Sequence record: PQ351811
Direction: 5' to 3' (one strand)
Length of the DNA stretch: 64,000 nucleotides
From: Shigella phage SSG23
A program made the translations under genes and the position numbers. Every line of letters begins with the position of its first letter. The stretch's first letter is position 1. This document shows positions 35,820-45,377 of the stretch, piece after piece. Below the pieces are notes generated by a model that worked only from the letters and a program-made list of their open reading frames with translations, did no database searches and had not been told where the DNA came from.

Positions 35820-38800
35820 TTAGTCTTCCCAGATAAAGTCTACGGTACGAGTCAGATTATTGGCGATGATTTTAACATTACCAACTTTGATCCAATCACG
35901 AACCGTCATAGAGTTCATTAAACCACCTTCCGCAACCACTGCCCCGATTTCCTGAGCGGTAGGCTTATTCTGTTTGGTGTAAATTTCACCCCAGGCGGTC
36001 CATTGACCACCAGTACCGGAACGGATATAATGTTTATGAGTACCATCAGGGGACCAAAGCTGGGTAAGCCCGTCCTCGTCAGTGCCCCATTGCATCAGAG
36101 TACCGTTTTTCTTCTCTGGATAAGTATCTTTGATGTTCTTGGTAGTAACGCGCATATTCCAGAAACCGATATTACCGATTGCCGGAGCGGTTGCCGCGCT
36201 AGCTTCATGCTTAACAGAAACAATAGGCGCATTATCCATAATCAGCTTACCGACCATTGTATCGCCAGCATTCTTAACAAACTGACGGTTAAGAACTTCG
36301 TCAGCGTTTCCTGCGTGTACGATCTGATATTTCTGTCCGGCGATCTCTGTAGTTAACGTTTGATAACCTGCCTTGATGTTAACACTTCCACCGTGACCGA
36401 TATTCAACATACCATCAGGGGAACGAGTCATTGCCGGATTAGACTGGTCAACAATGTATAAACCGCCTTGTTTCGCATACAGGTTACGACCTGCAATAAA
36501 GTCTCGATATGCTGCCGCGTCGCCATTATGTTCCATAGCAAAGGCGTAATGCTCGACAAATCCAGAATCGTTAATCTTACCAAAAGCGATAGCATCACTA
36601 TCAACAACTTGCGCTGTTCCAGTACCACCAACGATAATAGACCATGAGTTTTCCATACCTTCCGATGCGGTTGTGCCGTGCAGAGTAATTCCGGTGTGAC
36701 CGTCAACTCCACGCTCACCCAATACCAGATGACCATTACTCGGATCATCAGTCGAGTTCTTAGTCACAAACAGAGTTTCAAAGGAACCAGATTTTAAGCA
36801 CTCTAAATCGCCCTTCACGTTAACGTTTTTATTAAACGTGTAATTGCTCTCAATGGTCTGGTCAATGTCTCTACGCGCCCATTTAGCGGCCTCTACGTTA
36901 CCCAATTTCAAACTATTCTGAGCGGTTGCCATCTTAGGTAAGAAATTAGCAAGTGCGTAGTTTAATCCTTTAGGGGTAACAGCTATTCCGTCATGCTGGT
37001 AATTTCCTAGTTCTTGAGTAGAACCTTGCAGATTATCACCAACAAAACAGTTTTCCTGAGTAGCAACTTTCAAGAAACCACGACGCGCTTCGGTTGCTTT
37101 CCATGTATCCTCTGTCTGAACAACATATTTGAAGTTCTTCGGAGAAATTGCTACATTGTCCAGTGTACCAGCGACGGTTTCGGCTTGAGTACCAACTCGG
37201 ATAATACCTTCTTTAACTTCGGTGGCCTTTTTGCCTTGCAGCTTTTTAGGGGTAATGATCGTGGCGTCATCTTTTCCCGCATCGGTAAGCTGAGTAGTAG
37301 CAACTTTAGCGACACCTTTTGTATCTTCGGTTGCATCAAGACCGCTGATCATGATACCTTGCCACAAATCACCAGTAAGGTTAAGCCCCTGAGTCGGATC
37401 TACTTTCAAACGCTGTGCATTCTCAAAGAAGGTTTTAATCTTCAATGGGGTAGAAATGCGAGCGTCGTCACGACCTGCGTCAAATTCCGGCTGAGTTGCA
37501 ATTTCTGCTAAACCGTGTAGAGTTTCCGTCGCACGGCGAGTATGCAGCTTTTTAGGCGTGATGATATGGTTATCACTCTGACCTAAGTTTGTTTCTTCCT
37601 GAGTTGCAATTTCAGCGATACCAGTACGCGATTCGGTAGCAGTACGTTTCGTTAGCGTGCGAGTAGTGATCAGCAATGCATCTTGCGGGGTTGATTCTGT
37701 AGCCCCTTGCACTTCCGCGTCAGTTGCCAGATAGCCAACACCACGGGAAGTTTCGGTCGCCTTGACCTCGTTGATGTTTTGTGGTGTAACAATTTTAGCA
37801 TGGTCATTGATGTTATAGATCCCTGTACCAGCTTCGCCACGTCGAGCGGCAGCACGACCGCCTACCTGAACAATTTCAGCAATACCAGCGAGGTCTTCGG
37901 AAGCGCGACGTTCTTCTAATTTCTTAGGAGTAATAGCGCGGGTATCGTCTAAACCTTCATTGGTTTCGTGCTGGGTTGCAATTTCCATCACACCACGACG
38001 GGCTTCGGTAGCAACACAGTCATTTAACTTTTTAGGTGTAACGATAACATCATCCAGGAAGCTGGAACCAGTATCTTGATGCGTTTCCGCCTGAGTAGCA
38101 ATACGAGCAATACCGCGTCGAGTTTCGTTGGCGGTTTTATTAGCCAGCATTTTTGGCGTTACTGCAACTTCGTCGCTAGGATTCTCTTCATGGTTTTTAT
38201 TCGTTTCATTCTGGGTAGCCAGTGCAATTACACCAACACGCTCTTTGCGAGTCGGATCTACTCGTTCTACGATCGGGTGAGCGTGTGCTACCAACCAGTG
38301 TTTCTTACCATCATCACCTTCTGAATAAGAGAACTCCAGATAAGGTACATAATCATTTGCAGCGTTGAACGACAATTCAGACACTTCCTTCCACGTCTCG
38401 GTCCCGTTGAATGGGTACTCGCTACGTTTCGGAAACTGAACCATGTTTTTCTGCATAAGGATTTTTGTATCCTCTGCGGCGGTGATAATACGGCAATTCT
38501 GGTTTCCGTGCATATACTGCATAGAAACTTGGATACGATCACCAGGCTCGACGTTGGTCGGTAGCGTCAGAGTAACATCATGATCACCAAATACAGCAAC
38601 ATAGCTATTAGGTTGCAAGCGAGTGTCATCGATGATCGGTTTAAGACGAACAGACTGATCACCATCCCACACACGCCATAAGTTTTCCGGCTTATCAAAG
38701 ATGAATACACCATGACCGCTACGCTTACCGATAATCTCTTTTAGACCGAACGTGCCGATTGATTGTTCTTCTGCGTGCTCATGGACTTTAACCGTAACGT

Positions 38801-39560
38801 GGTTGGTTGCGGTTAATCCGTCAAGGTCTGTAGTCTGGATCATGTCGCCATTGTTGGCAAACTTAGGAAGCACTAAGGTAATATTACCCAATGAACTACG
38901 ACGAAATACTTGATCACCATTCTGCATTTGAATAGCATCAATTGCTGGCTGTGCGTACACACCGCGCGGCTCTGTTCCCGTCTGATAAACGTGCCAACGA
39001 TTGCGAACAAAGATGAAATAGTTCATTGCATAAGGGGTAGTGCAATGCCATTTTCGGTTATACACATTACCGTTATGATAGAACTCATGCCCTGAACTCA
39101 AGAACGATAATTCGTTAACACCACACTTGCCACCGATATCTTTTACTGTTATAGTGTCTCCCTCTGCTGGTTTATTTGGCATAGAGAAAGTCAAGTTTGC
39201 AAATTGACCATCTGCTGCGATATAATCACCAGACTTTAAAGGAGTATCACCGGAAGTTGCTGCAACATAGTCCCAACGTGGGTCCGTGCGCAGTGCTTGC
39301 CATTTAGTCGGGTCAAAATCACCTGCTGGCTTTGTGATATCTTCTTTTGCATAATACGGGCGGTTTTGATAGATTGTAGTTCCGTATTGATCATAACCGC
39401 GAGTTGTGTCATACTGAGTAATACCATTATGGTAATTGAAAAATTCAACGTTGACCGCATCGGTGTTGACATTCTTATCAGCCAATGCTACATTGACGAC
39501 CTTTTCATTACCAGCGTCAAAGCCAAATGTGGCCTTGAAATGTTGAGAAAAATCTGCCAT
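35820..39560 (-). CDS. 34: long tail fibre proximal subunit gp34
   Basis: 1246 aa; N-terminus and repeated ...ITPKKL.../...TETRRG(I/V)A(E/R)IAT... modules match T4 gp34; C-terminus ...VDFIWED. Confidence 0.9.
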   Translation of the reverse strand: MADFSQHFKATFGFDAGNEKVVNVALADKNVNTDAVNVEFFNYHNGITQYDTTRGYDQYGTTIYQNRPYYAKEDITKPAGDFDPTKWQALRTDPRWDYVAATSGDTPLKSGDYIAADGQFANLTFSMPNKPAEGDTITVKDIGGKCGVNELSFLSSGHEFYHNGNVYNRKWHCTTPYAMNYFIFVRNRWHVYQTGTEPRGVYAQPAIDAIQMQNGDQVFRRSSLGNITLVLPKFANNGDMIQTTDLDGLTATNHVTVKVHEHAEEQSIGTFGLKEIIGKRSGHGVFIFDKPENLWRVWDGDQSVRLKPIIDDTRLQPNSYVAVFGDHDVTLTLPTNVEPGDRIQVSMQYMHGNQNCRIITAAEDTKILMQKNMVQFPKRSEYPFNGTETWKEVSELSFNAANDYVPYLEFSYSEGDDGKKHWLVAHAHPIVERVDPTRKERVGVIALATQNETNKNHEENPSDEVAVTPKMLANKTANETRRGIARIATQAETHQDTGSSFLDDVIVTPKKLNDCVATEARRGVMEIATQHETNEGLDDTRAITPKKLEERRASEDLAGIAEIVQVGGRAAARRGEAGTGIYNINDHAKIVTPQNINEVKATETSRGVGYLATDAEVQGATESTPQDALLITTRTLTKRTATESRTGIAEIATQEETNLGQSDNHIITPKKLHTRRATETLHGLAEIATQPEFDAGRDDARISTPLKIKTFFENAQRLKVDPTQGLNLTGDLWQGIMISGLDATEDTKGVAKVATTQLTDAGKDDATIITPKKLQGKKATEVKEGIIRVGTQAETVAGTLDNVAISPKNFKYVVQTEDTWKATEARRGFLKVATQENCFVGDNLQGSTQELGNYQHDGIAVTPKGLNYALANFLPKMATAQNSLKLGNVEAAKWARRDIDQTIESNYTFNKNVNVKGDLECLKSGSFETLFVTKNSTDDPSNGHLVLGERGVDGHTGITLHGTTASEGMENSWSIIVGGTGTAQVVDSDAIAFGKINDSGFVEHYAFAMEHNGDAAAYRDFIAGRNLYAKQGGLYIVDQSNPAMTRSPDGMLNIGHGGSVNIKAGYQTLTTEIAGQKYQIVHAGNADEVLNRQFVKNAGDTMVGKLIMDNAPIVSVKHEASAATAPAIGNIGFWNMRVTTKNIKDTYPEKKNGTLMQWGTDEDGLTQLWSPDGTHKHYIRSGTGGQWTAWGEIYTKQNKPTAQEIGAVVAEGGLMNSMTVRDWIKVGNVKIIANNLTRTVDFIWED

Positions 39561-39588
39561 TATTGGGTCTCCTTTTATAGTATGTTCA

Positions 39589-39596
39589 TATTTATA
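39589..39596 (-). promoter_or_regulatory. T4-type late promoter TATAAATA upstream of gene 34
   Basis: Plus-strand TATTTATA 39589-39596, about 29 nt upstream of start codon at 39560. Confidence 0.6.
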
Positions 39597-39634
39597 AAAT
39601 GAGGCTTGATAGAAACAAAAGAGGATGATATACT

Positions 39635-39820
39635 ATGGTTAAAGTTGATTTGTCAGACGGCGCAAAATGGATAGTTGACAGAATCCCAGATAAGGATTAC
39701 AATTATTTCCGTGCCGAATTAAACAATGCAATTCTGCGAGTTATGGAGAAATACGGGTATGATCGTGAAGTATCTAACTCGTTTGGCGAATATGTTGTTG
39801 TGAGAGTGGAGAGAACTTAA
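39635..39820 (+). CDS. hypothetical protein
   Basis: 61-aa ORF directly upstream of rnh. Confidence 0.3.
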   Translation: MVKVDLSDGAKWIVDRIPDKDYNYFRAELNNAILRVMEKYGYDREVSNSFGEYVVVRVERT

Positions 39821-39822
39821 TT

Positions 39823-40770
39823 ATGACGTATAACCCGTTTACAAAAACTACCGCTACACTTAATGATTTCTTCGATGATCCAGAAGATAAACTGCCGGAA
39901 GGTGTGCATTTGATTGATATGTCGCAGCTTATGATTGCTACTATCTCTCATACATTTAAGCCGGAAGATCCGATTAATGAAGGTATGATTCGTCATCTTA
40001 TCCTTGACACCATGCGTTATAATATGACAAAATTCAAAGAGCAATACCCGATTACGGTACTTGCCTTTGACTCTAGCAAAGGTTACTGGCGACGTGATAT
40101 CGCACCATATTACAAACGTAACCGCAAGGAAAAGCGAGACGCAGATCCGCGTGATTGGGATATGATCTTTGCGGCGATCAATAAGATCACCGAAGAGTTT
40201 AAAGAGAACATGCCTTATCACGTTATTAAGGTTGACAAAATTGAAGCAGATGATATAATCGCTGTGTTAACTAAAAAGTTTTCTGTAGAAGGTCGCCAGG
40301 TGCTAATCAACTCCGGCGATGGTGACTACACACAGTTGCACAAATACAAAAACGTGAAACAGTGGGCACCAGTACAGAAAGCATGGAAGAAGTGCAAATA
40401 TGGTAGCCCATACAAAGACCTTATGGTAAAATGTGTTAAGGGCGACGCAAAAGACGGTGTAGCCTCTGTCAAATGTCGTAGTGATTTTATTATCTCTCGA
40501 CTGGAAGGGGAGCGAGCTAAACCAATTGCAACCAAATGGTTAGAGCAAATTTTCGATGTCGAAGATCCAAAGTCTTTGATGACAGAGGAAGAAGCACGAC
40601 GCTTTGACGAAAACCGCGAACTTATTGATTTTGAATTTATTCCTGATAACATCGAATATGAAATTTTGTTAGCCTGGGAGAAATCTAAACCAGCACCACG
40701 CGGTAAAATTTATAACTATTTTGTAACAAATGCGTTAGTTAAAATGTTGCAGAAAATTGGTGAGTTCTAA
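39823..40770 (+). CDS. rnh: RNase H / 5'-3' exonuclease (FEN family)
   Basis: 315 aa; VRHLILD, GYWRRDIAPYYK, MPYHVIKVDKIEADDIIAVL, DGDYTQLHKYKNVKQW, PRGKIYNYFV and C-terminal ..KIGEF match T4 Rnh. Confidence 0.9.
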   Translation: MTYNPFTKTTATLNDFFDDPEDKLPEGVHLIDMSQLMIATISHTFKPEDPINEGMIRHLILDTMRYNMTKFKEQYPITVLAFDSSKGYWRRDIAPYYKRNRKEKRDADPRDWDMIFAAINKITEEFKENMPYHVIKVDKIEADDIIAVLTKKFSVEGRQVLINSGDGDYTQLHKYKNVKQWAPVQKAWKKCKYGSPYKDLMVKCVKGDAKDGVASVKCRSDFIISRLEGERAKPIATKWLEQIFDVEDPKSLMTEEEARRFDENRELIDFEFIPDNIEYEILLAWEKSKPAPRGKIYNYFVTNALVKMLQKIGEF

Positions 40771-40780
40771 GGGTTGACAC

Positions 40781-41377
40781 ATGAAAGAACTTGAATTAAA
40801 ATACTATGCTCATTCACAGGAAGGTGTAGAAACAATCTGTGATTTGTGGGTGGCAATGTATGACGGGTACAATCTCATAGACCGAGATAACATATTAAAA
40901 CACGAATTTTATTATGATACCGAAGATCATGCACTGCGTCGAAAAGGAATTTATGCTCGACTTGACGTTAACAGATCATTGATCATGGTCAAAATAGGTG
41001 ATAGTGAATCTGGACTATTCAACCGAGAAGAAATTACTTTTTCAACAATGGATGATTTCTATCACTATGTTGATAGTCTAGGCGTAAACTCCGACCTTAT
41101 CGTCCCTTTACTGCAAGTTATGACATATCGCAAGTCATTGACACTTGACCTTGAGGGTGCTATAGTGGAAATGTGCAAAGACACTTTCTATTATTGCAAA
41201 GTAGGCGAAGGAATGGGCGACGCTCACTATGAACTTGAGTTCGAGTTAAAATCAGGTGATGAAAAAGCACTTGACATTATCCGAGAAATGATGCTAGAAT
41301 ATGTCGGCGATGATTTAAGTCCTAGCGAAATCTCAAAAGCTGAACGTGGTTTTCAATTAATGATTAAAGAGGGTTAA
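40781..41377 (+). CDS. CYTH-domain (triphosphate tunnel metalloenzyme) protein
   Basis: 198 aa; N-terminal ExExK (ELELKY), YYDTEDHALRRKGIYARLD, NREEIT, YELEFELK fit CYTH (CyaB/ThTPase) signature as recalled. Confidence 0.55.
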   Translation: MKELELKYYAHSQEGVETICDLWVAMYDGYNLIDRDNILKHEFYYDTEDHALRRKGIYARLDVNRSLIMVKIGDSESGLFNREEITFSTMDDFYHYVDSLGVNSDLIVPLLQVMTYRKSLTLDLEGAIVEMCKDTFYYCKVGEGMGDAHYELEFELKSGDEKALDIIREMMLEYVGDDLSPSEISKAERGFQLMIKEG

Positions 41378-41381
41378 TATT

Positions 41382-41657
41382 ATGACTGAACAGAAAAAAG
41401 AAAAAGTAGTATTTGACGAAGCAGTACACGGAAATACCCTGGCACAACTGATTAAAGAAGCCAGCGATCAGAAAACCATTCAAGAAGCATACGGCGATAA
41501 GATCAAAGAGATCAAACAGCGTGCTAAAGAAGAATTAGGAGTAGATGGTAAAATGTGGGGCATTCTGTTTAAACTGTATCACCAGCAACAGCGCGAAACC
41601 TTCGAAGCGGAACGCGATGAAGCGGTAGAACTCTATGATCGGGTGTTCAATGCTTAA
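41382..41657 (+). CDS. hypothetical protein in the dsbA position
   Basis: 91-aa ORF upstream of 33; positional only. Confidence 0.35.
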   Translation: MTEQKKEKVVFDEAVHGNTLAQLIKEASDQKTIQEAYGDKIKEIKQRAKEELGVDGKMWGILFKLYHQQQRETFEAERDEAVELYDRVFNA

Positions 41658-41904
41658 TGAACATGCGGTAAAGGCCGCGAACAAAACAGCAAACGGTCTT
41701 GCAATCGAAAAACTGGTCGTTGAAGAGGGATTGACTTATCTTGAAGCGACAACGCAGTTTGTAGAGGAAAACTCTATCGAATATGGTCACTATCAGAAAT
41801 ATATTCCGGTGTCCATTATTGACAAGATCACACAAGAATGTATAGTAAATAGAACGCTCAGGAAGGGAGTGATCGACGAACCGACCAACACTCTCGATAT
41901 TTAA
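41650..41904 (+). CDS. 33: late transcription co-activator gp33
   Basis: EKLVVEEGLTYLEATTQFVEENSI...YIPVSIIDKI and C-terminal PTNTLDI match T4 gp33; start uncertain. Confidence 0.8.
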   Translation: MLNEHAVKAANKTANGLAIEKLVVEEGLTYLEATTQFVEENSIEYGHYQKYIPVSIIDKITQECIVNRTLRKGVIDEPTNTLDI

Positions 41905-41913
41905 GGGGTATGT

Positions 41914-42594
41914 ATGATCAGAAACCGTCTTCCTCCAGATCCAGATATGCGAATTAATGCTAAATCTGTGTATATGTTATATTGCATGATGAAAGCTCAT
42001 ATGAACGGGCGTTATGATTGTGTAAAATATAATTGGAGGATGCGGTTATCTGATGCCGCATTCAATAAACGCAGAGATAAGTATTATTTCGCGAAATTAG
42101 CGGAAAAGTACAATCTAAGAGAATTATACTTCCTATTCCTAAGCAATCTGGTAGCTAATACCGATGCATGGGTAGGTGAAATCACTGATGTTGACGCATA
42201 CGGATTTTACATGGAGTATATCGGTAAGATCACTGATGCGGCAACACGATTTGACGATGACATTAAAAGTCTTGTATACTTCTCCGAGAAACGCGGGGTT
42301 ACTCTTAAAGAGCTAATTACATACAATCCCGCAACCGAAACTAGCGGTATCTTTAAGCTACTGCAAAATCGGATTATATCGTTTGAGTCGTTTATGTTGT
42401 TAGATAGCTTTCTAAATATAATCGACGAACACGACAAGGTAGCCAAAGACTTGATTTGGCAAACTTATAGTGTTAAAATGAAGGCGTACAAGAAACTACT
42501 TGTTATTGACGCCACAAAAGCAAGAGCATTATTTGTTAAAGTAGTTAAAGAGTGTAAAGAAATATCTCAATTAAAAGCCGAAACAAATAGTTGA
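41914..42594 (+). CDS. 59: helicase loader gp59
   Basis: 226 aa; KSVYMLYCMMKAHMNGRYDCVKYNWRMRLSDAAFNKRRDKYYF, LVANTDAW, IFKLLQNRIISFESFMLLDSFLNIIDEHD match T4 gp59. Confidence 0.9.
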   Translation: MIRNRLPPDPDMRINAKSVYMLYCMMKAHMNGRYDCVKYNWRMRLSDAAFNKRRDKYYFAKLAEKYNLRELYFLFLSNLVANTDAWVGEITDVDAYGFYMEYIGKITDAATRFDDDIKSLVYFSEKRGVTLKELITYNPATETSGIFKLLQNRIISFESFMLLDSFLNIIDEHDKVAKDLIWQTYSVKMKAYKKLLVIDATKARALFVKVVKECKEISQLKAETNS

Positions 42595-42618
42595 CAAGTA
42601 AATCTAAATCTGTATAAT
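42591..42618 (+). promoter_or_regulatory. sigma70-like promoter with extended -10 (TTGACA-16-TGtTATAAT) upstream of gene 32
   Basis: -35 overlaps the gp59 stop codon. Confidence 0.55.
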
Positions 42619-42654
42619 AGTCTAGTAAATTAATCAAAAGAAGGAATAGTGAAT

Positions 42655-43596
42655 ATGTTTAAACGCCAAGATTCTTCCAAACTGCAAGCTCAACTGGCCG
42701 CACTGAAAGGTGGCAACGGTTTCTCTAAAGAAGATCCGAAAGAGTGGAAGATTAAGACTGATGCAGCAGGTAACGGTGAAGCCCTGATTCGCTTCCTGCC
42801 GTCTAAGACAGAAGACGGTCTGCCGATTGTGAAACTGGTAAACCATTCCTTCAAAGTTAATGGAAAATGGTATTGGGAAAACTGCTCCAGCACCCACGGT
42901 GATTTTGATTCTTGCCCTGTGTGCAAATATATTAACGAAAAAGATTTGTACAATACCGATAAAACCGAATGGCAACTGATCAAGCGTAAAGCGTCTTACT
43001 ACGCAAATATTCTGGTACTGAAAGATCCTCAAGCACCGGAAAACGAAGGCAAGGTATTTAAATTCCGCTTCGGTCAGAAAATTTATGATAAGATCGTTGC
43101 AATGGTGAACGTGAATACCGATATGGGCGAAGTTCCGGTCGATGTAACTTGTGTGTTCTCCGGTGCTAACTTCCTCCTGAAAGCTAAGAAGGTTGATAAA
43201 CACCAGAACTATGATGATTCTCGTTTCATGCAGCAATCACAGCTTCCGAAAATTGAAGACGAAGCATACCAGAAATATCTGATGGAAAACATGGTTGATC
43301 TGGGTGAGATTGTAGCACCTAGCCAGTTTAAACCGTTTGACGAACTGGAAACCAAATTTAAGAAAACTATGGGTGTGTCTATGGTAGCGGGTGCTGCGGC
43401 TTCCAGTGCTGCGGCGGCGATTAACAGCCAGCTTGATGATTTTGATGCTCAGATGAATGCATTCGATTCTGGTATTACCGCAGCTAGCACGGCGTCAGAT
43501 TCTTCCGCTGATGACCTGATGGCATCTCTGGACCTGGGTGGCGGTACTTCCTCCGCTTCTGATCTGGATGACCTGGATTCTCTGTTAGCGATGTAA
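42655..43596 (+). CDS. 32: single-stranded DNA-binding protein gp32
   Basis: [67 protein letters not shown] and acidic Ser/Asp-rich C-terminus match T4 gp32. Confidence 0.9.
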   Translation: MFKRQDSSKLQAQLAALKGGNGFSKEDPKEWKIKTDAAGNGEALIRFLPSKTEDGLPIVKLVNHSFKVNGKWYWENCSSTHGDFDSCPVCKYINEKDLYNTDKTEWQLIKRKASYYANILVLKDPQAPENEGKVFKFRFGQKIYDKIVAMVNVNTDMGEVPVDVTCVFSGANFLLKAKKVDKHQNYDDSRFMQQSQLPKIEDEAYQKYLMENMVDLGEIVAPSQFKPFDELETKFKKTMGVSMVAGAAASSAAAAINSQLDDFDAQMNAFDSGITAASTASDSSADDLMASLDLGGGTSSASDLDDLDSLLAM

Positions 43597-43607
43597 TGAA
43601 TTTTTAT

Positions 43608-43632
43608 AGCCTCCCTTCGGGGAGGCTTTTTT
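43608..43632 (+). terminator. rho-independent terminator after gene 32
   Basis: AGCCTCCC-ttcg-GGGAGGCT followed by T6. Confidence 0.7.
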
Positions 43633-43658
43633 ATTACCTAAAAATTTATGAAAAGGTG

Positions 43659-43686
43659 TTGACATGTTGGTGAGGTAATGTATAAT
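43659..43686 (+). promoter_or_regulatory. sigma70-like early promoter TTGACA-16-TATAAT
   Basis: Consensus hexamers; leader ends ggaggattaaca before ATG 43716. Confidence 0.55.
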
Positions 43687-43715
43687 GAACTCATCGAAAC
43701 AATGGAGGATTAACA

Positions 43716-44045
43716 ATGTTTTTGAATGCTACCCTTTCCCAGAAAAGTGATAAAATCGAACTTCTGTATGTCATTGCTGATGTGGACGTACAACGAAGAA
43801 ATATAGATTTAAAAATTCACAAATATTATACTATGAGTGAATATCATGAAATCGAGATCCCACATAGTGTGTATCCTGCATTATTGTTAGGAAAAGGAAA
43901 TCTAAGTGAATATTCTTTGAAAGTCATCAAAGATTCTAAATCAATGCTTGCTCATATGGAAAAAGATTTTCTTGATGAAATTTCCGCGCTAGTTATTAAA
44001 CTGAAAGAAGAAACAGCACCGCTTTTCATGGAACAAAAAGGTTGA
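43716..44045 (+). CDS. hypothetical protein
   Basis: 109-aa ORF. Confidence 0.4.
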   Translation: MFLNATLSQKSDKIELLYVIADVDVQRRNIDLKIHKYYTMSEYHEIEIPHSVYPALLLGKGNLSEYSLKVIKDSKSMLAHMEKDFLDEISALVIKLKEETAPLFMEQKG

Positions 44046-44069
44046 CTCCGAACACAGATGATGTATAAT
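44042..44069 (+). promoter_or_regulatory. sigma70-like promoter TTGACT-16-TGtTATAAT
   Basis: -35 overlaps stop of preceding ORF. Confidence 0.5.
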
Positions 44070-44100
44070 ACAAACATCAAAACAAAGAGAGGATTATATT

Positions 44101-44430
44101 ATGTGGACAGTAGAACAAATCGTAGATGAAACAGTAAGTATTATCGCATGTGGCACTATTGAAGAATGCCTTAAAGCCGCTAACCGTGAATGTATTATGG
44201 TTTATGAAGCCCGTCGCGGTGATGGTACTGTGTTAACCAGCGACTATCGATATGAACCAAAAATGATTACCTTTCGTTTTTGGGAAAATGGTGTTAATGT
44301 TGGGGTATCTCACTTAAAACGTTTTCGTGATTATTCTGACCGTTATTTCATCACACCGGATAATGGTCAAGAATTTAAGACAGCAATCACCGAAGAAAAT
44401 GTAAACGAAAACTTCTTTAAACTGATTTGA
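44101..44430 (+). CDS. hypothetical protein
   Basis: 109-aa ORF. Confidence 0.4.
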   Translation: MWTVEQIVDETVSIIACGTIEECLKAANRECIMVYEARRGDGTVLTSDYRYEPKMITFRFWENGVNVGVSHLKRFRDYSDRYFITPDNGQEFKTAITEENVNENFFKLI

Positions 44431-44444
44431 TAGGAGATTATATT

Positions 44445-45014
44445 ATGATTCAATGTGTATTTGCGATTGGTGACACTAAAATGTCAGATGAAAATTGGGC
44501 GTTTGGTTTTAAAGGTGGCTTACCGTGGGGTCGTCCAATCAAAAAGGATATGGAAAACTTCCAAATGCGCACTATGACGCGGTTTAGCGATGCTGCGGTA
44601 GTAATGGGGCGTAATACCTTTGAAAGTCTTCCTAAAGCTCTTGCAGGACGTCTTAATGTGGTTATTAGCACCGATGCCAGTAAGCCGACACCAAAAGCTA
44701 AAAACGGCGACCAGCCAGATGTGTATACTGGAATTGAATTAAAGGATCTGTTAAAAGCCCTTGAGAAAACGCAAGGTTTGGTAAGCGTTATCGGTGGACC
44801 TTCCCTGATTGAAAAAGCAGTTGAGTTTGCGGACCGTATTGTGTTAACGTATGTTCAACGTTCAGGAATCAACGATCCGTTTGAATATGATGTTGGTATC
44901 TCTAAGGAAATGATTCAGGAATTGTATTTTGACTTTGCAACAAAAGAAGAACATAATTACTTCCTTGATGATTACCTGATCAGTGAGCAAATTTTAGAAC
45001 GTAAGAAGGCGTAA
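44445..45014 (+). CDS. frd: dihydrofolate reductase
   Basis: AFGFKGGLPWG, MGRNTFESLP, VSVIGGPSL DHFR motifs; adjacent to td as in T4. Confidence 0.85.
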   Translation: MIQCVFAIGDTKMSDENWAFGFKGGLPWGRPIKKDMENFQMRTMTRFSDAAVVMGRNTFESLPKALAGRLNVVISTDASKPTPKAKNGDQPDVYTGIELKDLLKALEKTQGLVSVIGGPSLIEKAVEFADRIVLTYVQRSGINDPFEYDVGISKEMIQELYFDFATKEEHNYFLDDYLISEQILERKKA

Positions 45015-45015
45015 C

Positions 45016-45108
45016 ATGAAAATTCTGACAGATTATGAGTGTAAACATTGCGGTGAATCTTTGATGTTTGCTGGTAGTCGGTGTTTACATTGTGGGAGGG
45101 AACAATAA
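45016..45108 (+). CDS. 30-aa zinc-ribbon-like peptide
   Basis: MKILTDYECKHCGESLMFAGSRCLHCGREQ; CxxC...CxxC; stop overlaps next ATG. Confidence 0.3.
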   Translation: MKILTDYECKHCGESLMFAGSRCLHCGREQ

Positions 45109-45377
45109 TGAAAATAACCATTATTCAATTATGGTCGGCTACCAGTGAAAACTACGCAGTAGCCGTAGATTATTACGGTTTACAATATCTCTATGATGAA
45201 GCGAGCGCATCATGGCTTCCGGTGCAAGAAAATAGCGATATCTCAAGACCTGCTACTGTATTCGATCCGGGCGTTGTCTTTATCAATATTGACGAGACAG
45301 TAGCAAAACTGCGTAAGAAAGCAATCAATAAGAAAAAGGTGATGTGGGATGAAAGAATATTTGAAACTATTGCGTGA
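45108..45377 (+). CDS. hypothetical protein
   Basis: 89-aa ORF; 3' end overlaps td start. Confidence 0.35.
   Translation: MKITIIQLWSATSENYAVAVDYYGLQYLYDEASASWLPVQENSDISRPATVFDPGVVFINIDETVAKLRKKAINKKKVMWDERIFETIA

Noticed and set aside
41382-41657. Calling this ORF DsbA (dsDNA-binding protein).
   Set aside because: Only position (upstream of gene 33) supports it; I could not recall a T4 DsbA sequence to compare, so it is left as hypothetical.
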